From Octopus vulgaris (Eukaryota): DNA of 64,000 nucleotides. A program made the translations under genes and the position numbers. Shown here in pieces: positions 44,248-58,291 of this stretch (position 1 is the stretch's first letter; each line of letters starts with the position of its first letter). The stretch is taken from contig OX597825.1 in NCBI GenBank assembly GCA_951406725.2, positions 68,820,001 through 68,884,000 on the forward strand, given 5' to 3'. The notes beneath the pieces are model-generated. The model did not search any database, had not been told where the DNA came from, and was given only the letters and a program-made list of their open reading frames with translations.

Positions 44248-45197
44248 TAAATACTTTAAATATAATAGCTTGGGATTGAAGTACAAAATATGTATATATG
44301 TATACATGCAAAACGAGAGAAAGTAAAAATTGGAAGCTTTCAGATTATGAATTTCTACACGAACAAAAAGGGAGTCATATGGAGATCCATAAAGAACAGT
44401 TGGTAGATGTAGTTCATCATTCCATCTTTGAACTTTTCTGCATTAAGATCTTAAATGTAAGAACTCTACCCTGAAGACGCTAGCTCGTATCATCCAGTGT
44501 CCTTTGCACACCTAGCATCCGGCAACACGCACCCATTCTGATGAACTACATTTATCAGACACCTAATTATGGATCTCCAACATGGTGTAATCGACTTAGC
44601 ACTTCATCGAAATTCCGGGCCTTGTGCCAAAAAAATTTGAAATCAATATGGATATTGATTAGCGCCATTTCGTCGGTTTTTACGTTTTGAATTTAAAATT
44701 CCGCCGAGGCCGACTTTGCCTTTCAACCTTTCGGAGTCAATAAATAAATACCAATTTAGAACTGGAGTAGATGTAATCAACTCAGTCCCTCCCAAATTAC
44801 TGGCCTTGTGCCATAACTACTTTGCGTTCAGAGCAGTGAATATTATGAATGAGTTTCAGCTCACAAGAGACAAACTATAAAAGAGAAGCCTTGTCGAGGT
44901 TTGTCCTCTCTTGCATCTCTTGTAAATAACTACACCGAGAAAGTAACATGAAATATTTTTATGTGACATCTGTTTGCATTTCATATGACTTCGAAACGAT
45001 CATGCAAAGGAACTTTGTACCTATGTCAAGATGCTCAGACTGGCTAGAAAGCGTATGTCTTCAGATTAGTATTTACGACAGGAAAAAACCATTTTAGGGC
45101 AGGCATTTATTTGATGAAGGTACTGCCGTACTCCGTATGTCTAGAATGTAGGATTTGACATCTCACTGGGTGGTGAAGCAGCTTTCCAGCTGTTTCG

Positions 45198-45257
<60 letters not shown>

Positions 45258-45316
45258 TACCACCACCACCACCACCACCACCACCACCACCACCACTCAC
45301 CACCACCACCACCACC

Positions 45317-45383
<67 letters not shown>

Positions 45384-45561
45384 AGGCGGCGAGCTGGCAG
45401 AATCTCTAGCGCGCCGGGCTGCATTCTGATTTCAAATTCCGCCGTGGTCGGCTTTATAGCTTGATGTAATGGCTTGCTTTGCCAGTGACCTCCGACAGTT
45501 CTCTGGCGACGTCTTTTCTATCCTTCGCAGCATGTCCTTGACTGCCGAGCATCACGTCAAC

Positions 45562-45657
45562 CCTGGGGTTCGATATAATCGACTAACTCCTATCCCCCCA
45601 AATTTCGAAGGCCTTGTGCCTAGAGTATAAATAATAATAATAATAATGATAATAATG

Positions 45658-45718
<61 letters not shown>

Positions 45719-45759
45719 TGATGATGATGATGATGTTGATGATGATGATGATGATGATG

Positions 45760-45790
<31 letters not shown>

Positions 45791-45814
45791 ATAATAATAA
45801 TAATAATAATAATA

Positions 45815-45861
<47 letters not shown>

Positions 45862-47071
45862 CCCACGATAATAGCTGTTGTTGTTGTTGCTGTTGTTGTA
45901 GCAAGTGTTTTTTCATGGTTAGGAGATTCTGATTGGACAGAGGTCCTTCACACCTAGCATCCGTGCAACACGCATCCATCTCTTTTTGACTACAGACTCT
46001 GACAGACACCTAATTCAACCGCCACACTGTATGATTTGTCTTTTCTGAGTATTAAGGAAAAGCGATGTAGTTATTATTTTTTCGGCAGACCGATCCTCCA
46101 GTTAGAAGTTACCCCGCCGAATCTTATGTCACGATACTCGCTTGCCAGTCTTGTGAAATGATGTTTTATAAACTGAACTGTCATTTGTCATATTTTAAAA
46201 TCCAAAAGCGTTTGTGAGTATAATACACTATACGTATTTAGGTATGACGAGGACTGAAATTCATAACTTCAGTTTTGCGTTCAGAGCAGTAATCAGCTGT
46301 TTGTGCGTAAATGAAATGGTATAATTAACTTAGTAGGATGAATCGGACACAGGTTTTAGTCTTTGATCGCCCCTCTCTTGCATCTCTTGTAAATAACTAC
46401 ACCGAGAAAGTAACATGAAATATTTTTATGTGACATCTGTTTGCATTTCATATGACTTCGAAACGATCATGCAAAGGAATACCTATGCAAATGTTAAGAA
46501 AATGTATTAACGATTAAAGAAGAGAATTAAACCTTATCATTTTATGATATATTGTTGTTGGAGAATATAAGGAAAGCTGCAAAAGCGAGAAAATTATTAA
46601 TGACTCAGACAGTAATTACAGAACTGAAGCAGCGTTAAATATCGAGTGGACTATATATTGTATATAGAATAAGTTTAATACAAGATTAAACGTGACAATC
46701 TAGATGAATAGGTTTAATTTGACTCAGAACCCACGTATGCGCAAAGTACTACTATAATATTTAGTTTGGTTTGAGACTTAGTAAGTCTCTACTATACTTA
46801 ACTGAGAACTACAATCAGTCAGTTTTGTCACAGAAGTTCAGCAATATGGAATTGTAACAAGGTTTAGATAATCCGGTTATATATTTAGAGTCGTGAATTT
46901 ATTTAAACCTTTGAAGTCTCTTTGACCTTTCATCCTTTCGGAGTCGATAGATGAAATAAGTAGCAGTTACGCACTGGGGTCGATATAATCGACTAGCTCC
47001 TATCCCCCCCAAATTTCGAAGGCCTTGTGCTTAGAGTATAAATAATAATAATAATAATAATGATAATAATG

Positions 47072-47157
<86 letters not shown>

Positions 47158-47175
47158 AATAATAATAATAATAAC

Positions 47176-47245
<70 letters not shown>

Positions 47246-48250
47246 GCTGTTGTTGTTGCTGTTGCTGTAGCTGTTTTTTATGGTTAGGAGATTCCTGATT
47301 GGACAGATCTATAATCAAATGCATTCCAGTATTAGTCGTACCCTATTTTTTTTAGAGGTATTTAGGGTTACACTATCTAATGTCCTTTTCCAGTTACTTC
47401 CACAAGTTCCGTACGGTGAGGACTGAGGGAGATGTGGTTATTATTTTTCGGCAGACCGATCCTCCAGTTAGAAATTACCCCGCCGAATCTTATGTCACGA
47501 TACTCGCTTGCCAGTCTTGTGAAATGATGTTTTATAAACTGAACTTAAATTTGTCATATTCTAAAATCCAAAAGCGTTTGTAAGTATAATACACTATACG
47601 TATTTAGGTATGACGAGGACTGAAATTATCTTCAGTTTTTTGGCCAAGAATAAACTGTTTGGCGTAAATGAAATGGTATAATTATAAGTCAGGATGAATC
47701 GGACACAGGTTTTAGTCTTTGATCGCCCCGAATCTCATCAATTGCTCTAGAGTATTCACTTCGTTCTTGCAACAATAGTGTGAAATATTAGTTTCTTTTT
47801 GATTTGACAAGGATGAAATGAAATGAAAAGTTTCAAATGTTAAGAAAATGTATTAACGATTAAATGAAGAGAATTAACTCTTATCATTTTATGATATATT
47901 ATTGTTGGAGAATATAAGGAAATCTAAAGGAGAAAATTATTAATCTCAGACAGTAATTACAGAACTGAAGCAGCGTTAAATATCGAGTGGACTATATATT
48001 GTATATAGAATAAGTTTAATAGCAAGATTAAACGTGACAATCAGATGAGTAGGTTTAATTTGACTCAGAACCCACGTATGCGCAAAGTTATATAATATTT
48101 AGTTTGGTTTGAGACTTAGTAAGTCTCTATATCTTAACTGAGAACTACAATCAGTCAGTTTTGTCACAGAAGTTCAGCAATATGGAATTGTAACAAGGTT
48201 TAGATAATCCGGTTATATATTTAGAGTCTTGAATTTATTTAAACCTTTGA
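45562..48250. repeat. Imperfect ~1.4-kb tandem duplication
   Basis: 45562-46912 parallels 46975-48250: SINE tail, (AAT)/(GAT) tract, GGCAGACCGATCCTCCAG block and CAAATGTTAAGAAAATG block. Confidence 0.9.
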
Positions 48251-49873
48251 ACGCGGAAACCTTTGAACGCATTAAAACTGCGGGAAGCATTTTTACCCAA
48301 CGGCTTTGCAAAAATATCTTGAAAAATGCTGCAAGAAGTTTACTGCACTATGAATGTGATCATAATTTTACATAAAAGACAATGTATTTTAAAATGTTTC
48401 TTAATGGATATTTCACATATTTCATCAAATATCTCTTTACAGAGAAAGGAGCAAATATTTTTCGTGGGGGTTATAAAAACTATGCCTACAGGAGATACTG
48501 AAAAAAATATTGCAGAAGCAGAGAATATCTATTCTATTTTTTGATTGATAATTAACACCATTACGGGAAAGGCCATGAGATTTAATTACGGAACCAAAGG
48601 GCTGACAAAATTGTTCTTATATCTTATACTATTATGGGAGCACAGACATGGTTTTCAGTCTCAAAACTAAAAAACAGAAAATGCAATCTTCATCACAGAA
48701 TATATATATATCAACGATGGTATATATATAGTGATATATATATATACCTATATATATATATATATATGTAGTATAGTAGCCGTCTTTCGTGAGTGAATAT
48801 GGTTTCGTAACATGCGCCATACTTTTGCTCATTGTTTTAGTTGTGTATGCAGTCGTGGGCGGAGATGAACACCCTCTCTACTCGATTCATTTTTCACTCT
48901 TCACCATGCCGTATATCCAAGACGTATCTAATAACTGGAGGAATTGAGATAGTTGCACCGATTCTCTGCTGATACTCATTTTGAGAAGGTTGGAGCAAGG
49001 TGACATGAAGTGATTTGCTCAAGGACACAACATATCCCTAGGTTCAGGAATTAATGTCACGACCGTAACACCTGGCCATGCGGTGGGGTTGAGATAATCT
49101 CGAAATATGTTTAGAGAATAATTTATTTTGACAAAATCTGGATATAATTTATGCCACACATAAGCTTTTTCTGTCATAAAATTAAGCCCACATGTAAGCG
49201 TTTTCTATCCTAAAACTGAATAAAACCATAACCCCCACCTTTAAATACAACATAATTAACTATGTTGAAGTTGCCCAGCGAGGTCTTTTAAGATGTCATC
49301 GACGCCATCATGGGAGAAATTTTTCCATTATATATTTTGTGAAGTACAAACAAATATTAAAAATAACATTCGACGTCTTAAATGATAAATTGTAAAGGAC
49401 AGTGCAGATTGTGTTCTCCTCTGCGACTTATTTTAGTTTTAAAAAGAGAGAATACCTAATTTGAATCAAATACCTGGTGTTTGATTCGTTAGCTTTCTAC
49501 GCAGCATAATTGCATATATACGATTAATTAGTAATTAAGGTGTTTATAATGCTCTCTTTGTAATAAAGAATTTTTTTTAGCTATGACGTACTCGTTCTAC
49601 ATGTTAAGATTTAGCAATGTAATCCAATTCAAATCTTGCGTCATTTTTTTAAAAAAAGGTCGGACGTATTGAGTAACGTAATCTGCTGTAAACAATGGAA
49701 GAGAAAGACAAGAATCAAAGGGAACCTCTGATTGCATGTGTGCTCTTTCTAGCTTTCCGCTCGATGTTTACATGTTCCGCCGATACACACTGGCAAAATA
49801 TAAATATATACGTGCATAAATACACACCTCCTTTTTTTCTCTCCTTGTTTCACTCCTTGTTTTTTCTGTGTCC

Positions 49874-49909
49874 CTTTCTGTAGAAGAGCGTAGGCTCGAA
49901 ACGTAAAAG
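49874..49909 (+). ncRNA. Minimal hammerhead-like motif (variant core CTGTAGA)
   Basis: CTTT-CTGTAGA-A-GAGC GTAG GCTC-GAAA-CG-TA-AAAG inside a ~200-bp repeat (49810-50005) homologous to 58915-59125. Confidence 0.6.
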
Positions 49910-51415
49910 ACTTTTTCTATTCCTGAGCGTTATACTAATATATCTGTTTGTTTTGTACACCATCTGTCTTCGTCTTTTGTTTTTTTTCGTAAACTCTCTC
50001 CTTTTATATATATATATATATACCTACAATGGTACATACATGCAAGCGCGCATGTTACTCAAGAGCAGAGCAACTCCACTGAATAGCTGATGAATTATGA
50101 AATCCACATGATGGAAGTAGAATATGTAAATTATATCACAGTTTCTCCAGGTCGAGTGGTTAGGTCTCTATTGAGAGGTCACAGCTTCAGCAACGCAGAA
50201 ATGTCAATAGAATGTCGCAGGAGAAAATCACACGTTAGATTCTTGAAGTCGAGCCAGCTGGTAGAAGACCTTGAAGTTGACCACGAACGAGATGTTTGGA
50301 TAGTATCCCTAATATCAGTTGGTCATATTTGGTAATCCAACCGGATAGTTTAATGACGGTTGCTTCTGACAAGACCCTGTAGAGGAAGTGTTTGTGGACA
50401 CTATCCCCACGATCCTCCAAGAAATAGTAAGTGGAGAAGACGGATGGGTAAAAGGATATCAGAGGTGTATGGAAGGTTAACGTGATAAGCAACTATGGAA
50501 AATTGTCATGAAGGTATTACCTTCTATTGCAGTATCAGCTTGTTGTTAAAACAATATACAAGAGAATTGATAAGAAAGAATGGTGTAAGAAAAATAAAAG
50601 GATGAGCTGTCAAACTTGGTTTCTTTTGCAAGAGGGATTGAAAAATAAACTAGAGGACGCAAGCTGAATATGGACAATTATTGCTAAAACCCTATTCATA
50701 ATGTAGACCTAAGAAAATGGAAGAAAAGTGTCAATACAATACGTACTATAATAACTATATCAACAAGGAAAGAACATAAGGTGTTTGCAAAATCGGTGTG
50801 CGAAGATGCGTGCGAAAAATTCGTTCACATGGTCCTTAGAGTAAGAACGGATATAGAAATTGTCCAAATGAATGCATACAATTATTGACAAGACCAATGC
50901 TTAATAGAAAACTTGCAATTCTAGTATTGCAAACATTATTTCTGCTGCAAAACCTTTCAATATTGTTTGCAATACTAGAATTCTTTCGGGCGTGCAAGTT
51001 GGGAAATTTGAAAAATTATAAAGAATAAAAGAACTTCCATTTGGTTCGGCGGATATAGACAAAATGATGGGGAAACATGCTATGTCGTTTAATATATGGA
51101 TTCATAAGCTGCTTTTTCATTGGCTGATATAGCAAAACAATTCCATAAGATCAACTGCTTTGACTAATTGGAACCGGTGCTAATCATAAATTTGATGTGT
51201 CCTAAAGGTGTCTATTTTACAAAGTTTTTAAATTTTAAAACGTTTACTGCACTATGAATGTGCTCATAATACATATAATTCATATGTATTTAAATGTGTG
51301 TGCGTGAATGGATATCTACAATGGTTACTCCCCCCCCAAAAAAAACACGGAGAAAAGGAAAAAGAAAAAACAAATGAACGTATGGAGGTATCACAAGCTG
51401 AGAAGGAAAAGAGTA

Positions 51416-51450
51416 GTTTTACGTTTCGAGCATAGCTCTTCTTCGGAAAC
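51416..51450 (-). ncRNA. Minimal hammerhead motif (variant core CCGAAGA)
   Basis: Minus strand: GTTT-CCGAAGA-A-GAGC TAT GCTC-GAAA-CG-TA-AAAC, next to a (TA)n tract. Confidence 0.65.
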
Positions 51451-51513
51451 AGGAAAAACAGAGACGTCCGAGGCGAAGGAGGAAAAAATCGCCAACAATC
51501 ATGTGTGGTTACG

Positions 51514-51611
<98 letters not shown>

Positions 51612-51719
51612 ATTCATAAGCTGCTTTTTCATTGGCTGATATAGCAAAACAATTCCATAAGATCCACTGCTTTGACTAATTGGAACCGGTGCTAATCATA
51701 GATTTGATGCATCCTAAAG

Positions 51720-52052
51720 GTGGTTAGGCCGGGACGAGAATCTGTTGATTTTTTTCCTTGGCTTTTGAATTGCACTACAATTCTATTAACAATAGCAAGA
51801 GGAATTTGGAAATTTTCGGCAATTTTTCGCTGGCTAAGACAAACCTCAGATTGCCCAACAATACGACCTCTTTGAAAATCTGACAGTTCTGCTGAATTTT
51901 TGTGCGTGACATGGTTACTCTTCACAAATGTTTAATATAATGGCACCTGGAATGAAAAAGAATTGTAAATTCTACACCGCTGAAAACATATTAAAACGCT
52001 TAGATGAGAAATTTTGAAAATTAAAGGTTCTATTTATTTCCTGCATGCCTGT
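51720..52052 (-). mobile_element. Tc1-like transposon 5' fragment (TIR plus N-terminal HTH)
   Basis: [12 protein letters not shown]...[24 protein letters not shown]...SRPG is a Tc1 paired-like HTH with a decayed GRP. The TIR-like start CAGGCATGCAGGAAATAAATAGAACC adjoins TA. Confidence 0.85.
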
Positions 52053-52183
52053 GTATATATAAGTATATGTATATATACTTATATATATATATGTATATGT
52101 GTATGTATATCTATATATATATCTATATATATAATATGATACAGTAGTATATATAAATATATTAATGATATAATACAAATATA

Positions 52184-52232
<49 letters not shown>

Positions 52233-52255
52233 TAAATTGTATATTTATTGCACAA

Positions 52256-52638
52256 TATTCCACTGCCTTGCAAAAGCGGAGGTATTGTTTTCAGTCGCGT
52301 TTGTTTGTTTGTTTGTTTGTTTGTTTGTCCGTGGAGAAGATATCTCAAGAACCGCTAGATGGATTCGGATGAAACTTCCAGGGATGATAAGCCTTATGAC
52401 TGGTACGAACTGGTTCAATTTTGGGATCAATCCGGTACAGGGCAAGGATTCTGGATTACTTTTCCGGTTTTTTAAACTTAATATTTGAGAGCGGTCGGGT
52501 TCATTTTTAGTATTCTCGTTTGTGGGAGCAGTGGAGTTTATTTCAGATATTCTCATTTTATTAAACATCTCCGACTAATCGTTGAGAGGACATTGGTGTT
52601 GCCTTGGCGGAGGTTTTCGCTCTCTGATTGCTCTTGTT
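52256..52638 (+). mobile_element. Helentron-type (DINE-1/HINE-like) non-autonomous element
   Basis: GCGGAGGTATTGTTTT, then (GTTT)n and GGATTCGGATGAAACTT, ending GCCTTGGCGGAGGTTTTCGCTCTCTGATTGCTCTTGTT. Confidence 0.7.
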
Positions 52639-52827
52639 AAGTATAAAATCTAACATATATATCTGCGTACACACACACACACACACAGCAAGTTTTTGCA
52701 CAATATTCCATTGCCTAATGCTATTCACAATGCATTAACCAACCCGATTCTATGAGAAAAATTCAATTGCTCAAACTACAAATCCAGATGCCGCATAGTG
52801 AGATCGAAAAGGGAACTTGTTGGTTTT

Positions 52828-53023
52828 TTTACTTGTTTCAGTCATTTGACAGTGGCCATGCTTAGTCGAGCAAATCGACCCCAGGACTTATTCTTTGTAA
52901 GCCTAGTACTTATTCTATCGGTCTCTTTTGCCGAACCGCTAAGATACGGGGACGTAAACACACCAGCATCGGTTGTCATGCGATGTTGGGGGGACAAACA
53001 CAGACACACAAACACACACACAC

Positions 53024-53078
<55 letters not shown>

Positions 53079-53493
53079 CTCTTTTACTCTTTTACTTGTT
53101 TCAGTCATTTTGACTGCGGCCATGCTGGAGCACCGCCTTTAGTCGAGCAACTCGACCCCGGGACTTATTCTTTGTAAGCCCAGAACTTATTCAATCGGTT
53201 CTTTTGCCGAACCGCTAAGTGACGGGGACATAAACACACCACCATCGGTTGTCAAGCAATGCTAGGGGGACAAACACAGACACACAAACATACACGCAAA
53301 CATATATATATATATATATATACATATATACGACGGGCTTCTTTCGGTTTCCGTCTACCAAATCCACTCACAAGGCTTTGGTCGGCCTGAGGCTTCAGCA
53401 GAAGACACTTGCCCAAAGTGCCACGCAGTGGGACTGAACCCGGAACCATGTAGTTGGTAAGCAAGCTACTTACCACACAGCCACTCTTACGCC
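52828..53493 (-). mobile_element. SINE family B, full copy plus tandem 3' half
   Basis: Full copy at 53080-53493 and a second 3' half at 52828-53075, joined at the internal microsatellite. Confidence 0.88.
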
Positions 53494-54044
53494 TATGTTT
53501 ACAATTAAAGAGCGATACCTGTGAATTCATTATCTGTACGTCACTAACAGAGCAAAGAAAAGTATTCAATTCAGAACTTCCCGTTTACCGTTTCCTATAT
53601 TGCCTAACCCCAATTTCCATTGACGTCTATGGAAGCATTTTGTAAGACGATTCTTCTGTCTATAGAACATTCAATGGCATGAGTTATTGAAGACGGGTGA
53701 ATGTCAAAAGCCGCACTTGCCACAAGGAAATCATATAACTAAGTGTAAAATATGTAAAATATAAAGGAAAGACTGTACACGGGAAGTTGACAAATGTAAG
53801 CGAATGTAGAAGTAATAAAATGAAGAACGCGAATAATGAACAAAATGAAAGAAAAATCGTCCCCAGAATTGACAGGAAAATGAAACTAAAGTGAAAAGTA
53901 TATATTAAAGAAATCCTCCCCAATAATATGTTAATATATGTATGTATATGTCAGTAAGCATGTATGTATGTACGTACGTATGAATGTATGTATGCATGCA
54001 TGTATCTATGTTTAAATATATATTATATATGTTTATGCATGTCC

Positions 54045-54094
<50 letters not shown>

Positions 54095-54147
54095 GCGTGT
54101 GTGTATGTGTGTGTATATAGCTCGATATATATAAATATATGTATATA

Positions 54148-54192
<45 letters not shown>

Positions 54193-54372
54193 AAATATAT
54201 CTGTGCGTATGTGTGTACATATGTTTATATATATATGTATATATGTGTATACATATATGTATATGTTTGTTTCTAATATGCATCTATGTATCGAATTTGT
54301 CTGTCGGTTTATCAGTTTGTCTATCTGTCTGTCTGTATGTCTCTCTCCATATATATATACATATATATATAC

Positions 54373-54466
<94 letters not shown>

Positions 54467-54596
54467 CTGTTTGTATATCTGTTTGTCTATCTATCTGTCT
54501 GGCTGTCTGTATGTCTCTCTCCATACACACACACACACACACATATATATATATCCGTTTGTCCATCTATCTGCCTGTCTGTATGTATGTCTCTCT

Positions 54597-54639
<43 letters not shown>

Positions 54640-55295
54640 AGCTATTATGAGGAGAATGCTGCGGAGAAATAATATTCATAGCTGTTCGTTCGTTGTGAAT
54701 AGTTTCCTCTTTCGCCTGTTAGCTTAGTATTAGTCATCTATTTGTAATAAGAATTCTTTATTGAAGACGAGAAATTACAACTATGAATGTAAACTTCACT
54801 TTGCATTTCGATTTCTAAAGACAGAAATAGCAATGTGTGTTTATGAAGATTTAGTGAATACATAACGCTATGTTTAATTTTAGCTTTGCCAATTTCTGTC
54901 GTCGAAATAATATAGACAACTTTCGACAAATATTAGTTATTAGATTCTTGTATATTTTCTTAATTTACTTGCGCAGCTTCGTAAAATGGTTACTGCTCGC
55001 TATAGAATTATATATTATTGACTCACGACGTTGTAATGAGTAAATTCTTTATAAAGTGCGATTTGTTAGTTTGAACTAAATCTAATATTCACATTATAAC
55101 TAAATATCTGTAGAGTACATAATTACTTACTATAAAATATATCACTTAGAATATAAATATAAATGAATTTCTACAATACACCACAGAGAATATTTTCATA
55201 TTTATATTATACTCTATTCTATATGATGTTTTCTTATGATAACAATTTCTATTCACACCTTGCCATCATATCTAGTTTGATATATGGATAATCAA

Positions 55296-55692
55296 AGGCA
55301 GCGAGCTGGAAGAAACGTTAGCACGCCGGGCGAAATGTGTAGCCGTATTTCGTCTGCCGTTACGTTCTGAGTTCAAATTCCGCCGAGGTTGACTTTACCT
55401 TTCTTCCTTTCGGGGTCGATTAAATAAGTACTAGTTACGCACTGGGGTCGATATAATCGACTTAATCCATTTGTCTGTCCTTGTTTGTCCTCTCTGTGTT
55501 TAGCCCCTTGTGGGTAATAAAGAAATAGGTATTTCGTCGGCCGTTACATTCTGAGTTCAAATTCCGCCGAGGTCGACTTTACCTTTCTTCCTTTCGGGGT
55601 CGATTAAATAAGTACCAGTTACGCACTGGGGTCCATCTAATCGACTAGCTTCCTCCTCCAAAATTTCGGGCCTTGTGGCTAGAGAAGAAAAG
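55296..55692 (+). mobile_element. SINE family A dimer
   Basis: Junction AAGAAATAGGTATTTC at about 55525. Confidence 0.88.
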
Positions 55693-56033
55693 GATATATG
55701 GATAGGCACAAACCCTCCCATCATACCAAGCACCAAGCGTTAAGTGTCAATAGATCATTTGCTTATATTGACACAGACGTGGTCATGTGACAAGACGTTG
55801 GCTTCTCAAGTGCATGGTGTCGGAATTAGTCTCAATGTGTGTCACTTTGGGCAAGTGTGTTGCATTATAGCCCTGGGCCAGCCAAAGTCAGAATTTTGTG
55901 AGTGAATTTTGATAGTGGGAAAGTGAAACCAGTCCGTCGTGTGTATACGTACATAGATACATAATATATACATACTTACATACACATATATAAACATATA
56001 TGCATGCATATATATATATATATATATATATAT

Positions 56034-56257
56034 AACGTAAAGTATAATAGCCATCTCAATATGGCTAACCACTAAGGGTGGGTGTTACTGTAGCTTTTAG
56101 CCCCAGGAGATCATCATCTCCAGCTGGCTTTAGGCACACTATCTGTGCCCTTATGGTATTTGCCAGCTGGAGACGATGATCTCCTGGGGCTAAAAGCTAC
56201 AGTAACACCCACCCTTAGTGGTTAGCAATATTGAGATGGCTATTATACTTTTACGTT
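56034..56257. repeat. Fold-back palindrome, ~95-bp arms, between (TA)n tracts
   Basis: 56034-56128 pairs with 56162-56257 with about two mismatches. Confidence 0.95.
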
Positions 56258-56296
56258 GTCGAGCGGTTACTGTTTACATCTCGTTCAGAGATTTAT

Positions 56297-56340
<44 letters not shown>

Positions 56341-56371
56341 GCATATATATACATATACATGTGTATATGTG

Positions 56372-56539
56372 TGGAGGCGCAATGGACCAGTGGTTTGGGC
56401 AACGGATTCGTGGTCGTAGAATCGCGGTTTCGATTCACCGACCAGGCGTTGTGAGTGTTCATTGAGCGAAAACACCTAAAGCTCCATGAGGCTACGGCAG
56501 GGTGGTGGTAGCGAACCCTGCTGTACTCTTTCACCATAA

Positions 56540-56596
<57 letters not shown>

Positions 56597-56772
56597 TATT
56601 TCTGTTGTACCTGTACTTCAAAGGGCCAGACTTGTCACATTCTGTATGACGCTGAATCTCCCCGAGAACTACGTTAAGGGTACACGCTTGCACGTTAATT
56701 TCACGAGCAGGCTGTTCTGTTCATCGGATCAACTGGAACCCTCGTCACCGTCGTAACCGACGGAGTGCCACC
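56372..56772 (+). mobile_element. tRNA-derived SINE, family E, with internal (TTTC)n
   Basis: Head GGAGGCGCAATGGACCAGTGGT...GTTTCGATTC and tail GTCGTAACCGACGGAGT. It is nested in a split SINE B (55775-56980). Confidence 0.7.
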
Positions 56773-57490
56773 ACATGTATATGTGCGTGTGTATGTATCT
56801 TTGTGTTTGTCCTTATAATCGCTTGACAACCGGTCCATTAGCACTTCGGAAAAAAGACCTATAGAATAAGTGCCAGGCTTAAGAGAAAAAGTACTGGGGT
56901 TGATTCGTTCGACAAAAACCCCTTCAAGGTGATGCTCCTGTATGACTGCCGTCCAATGATTGAAAGAAGTAAAATACAAAAAAAAAAATGATTTCAGTTT
57001 TTATTCTTTTACATCTTAAACTTATGAATTAAACACCAATGATTTACTAATTTACAGAAGCAAAAGTGGAATAGAGAACAATGGGTCGATAAATAATATG
57101 CAAGTCCTCATTGGACTAGAGCCTTCTTTTTCTATCGCTCTTTATTTCTGTTTAGAAGAAATCGCCTAATTTCGGCTCCGGTTAGGTATGCCCTTCAGAA
57201 GGTCTGCAACACGATGTTTAAAAACACACCGTATATTACAACGATGCATTTACAACTCTATTAAGGAAATGAAAGCCCAAGGAAATGCATATAGTCACAC
57301 ATTCACTGTCCGATGACGTGTGCAGTAGGGTTATTTATACTGTATTTATAAATAATTTACAAATTGCATTTACGAATTGCTTTCATTGTGTGACATCCTA
57401 AATTAATTACCAAATACAGAAACATATGTAACAGATGAAGACGCTTTGTTTTCTGTAATTAAATATATACATATATATATATATATATAG

Positions 57491-57741
57491 GGGTAAAATA
57501 TGAAAAATCAACGAACATGCACATTGCAAATAGAAAAAGGCTATTTATGACAGGTAACGACAAATATATACATTTAGATTGACTGAGGTAGTAATACGAG
57601 TCATAAAAGTCATTATTATGAGATGATTATAAGATGATAATATCATCTTATAATCTAAATGTATATATTTGTCGTTACCTGTCATAAATAGCCTTTTTCT
57701 ATTTGCAATGTGCATTTTCGTTGATTTTTCATATTTTACCC
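57491..57741. repeat. Fold-back palindrome, ~90-bp arms, near (TA)n tracts
   Basis: 57491-57580 pairs with 57652-57741. An inner hairpin GATTATAAGATGATAATATCATCTTATAATC is also present. Confidence 0.95.
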
Positions 57742-57787
57742 TTACATTTCCACGTGTATTTTATATTTTCTTTTCATAACATATTTC

Positions 57788-57834
<47 letters not shown>

Positions 57835-57902
57835 TACACACACGCACATTCCAGTAGCATAGTTTTCTTGAACCATTGCCCGATATATCTAAATTTTCTT
57901 TT

Positions 57903-58050
57903 CTTTTATTCTTTTACTTGTTTCAGTCATTTGACTGCGGCCATGCTGGAGCACCGCCTTTAGTCGAGCAAATCGACCCCGGGACTTATTCTTTGTAAGC
58001 CCAGTACTTATTCTACCAGCATCGGTTGTCAAGCAATGTTACGGGGACAA

Positions 58051-58128
<78 letters not shown>

Positions 58129-58291
58129 GACAGGCTTCTTTCAGTTTCCGTCTACCAAATCCACTCACAAGGCATTGGTCGGCCCGGGGCTATAGCAGAA
58201 GACACTTGCCCAAGATGCCACGCAGTGGGACTGAACCCGCATCCAAGTGGATGGTTAGCAAGCTACTTACCACACAGCCACTCCTGCGCCT
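57903..58291 (-). mobile_element. SINE family B
   Basis: Reverse-complement copy with a short internal deletion. Confidence 0.88.

Noticed and set aside
50050-51080. Purine-rich stretch resembling decayed LINE ORF1 coding sequence
   Set aside because: Many stops and no motif I can identify with confidence.
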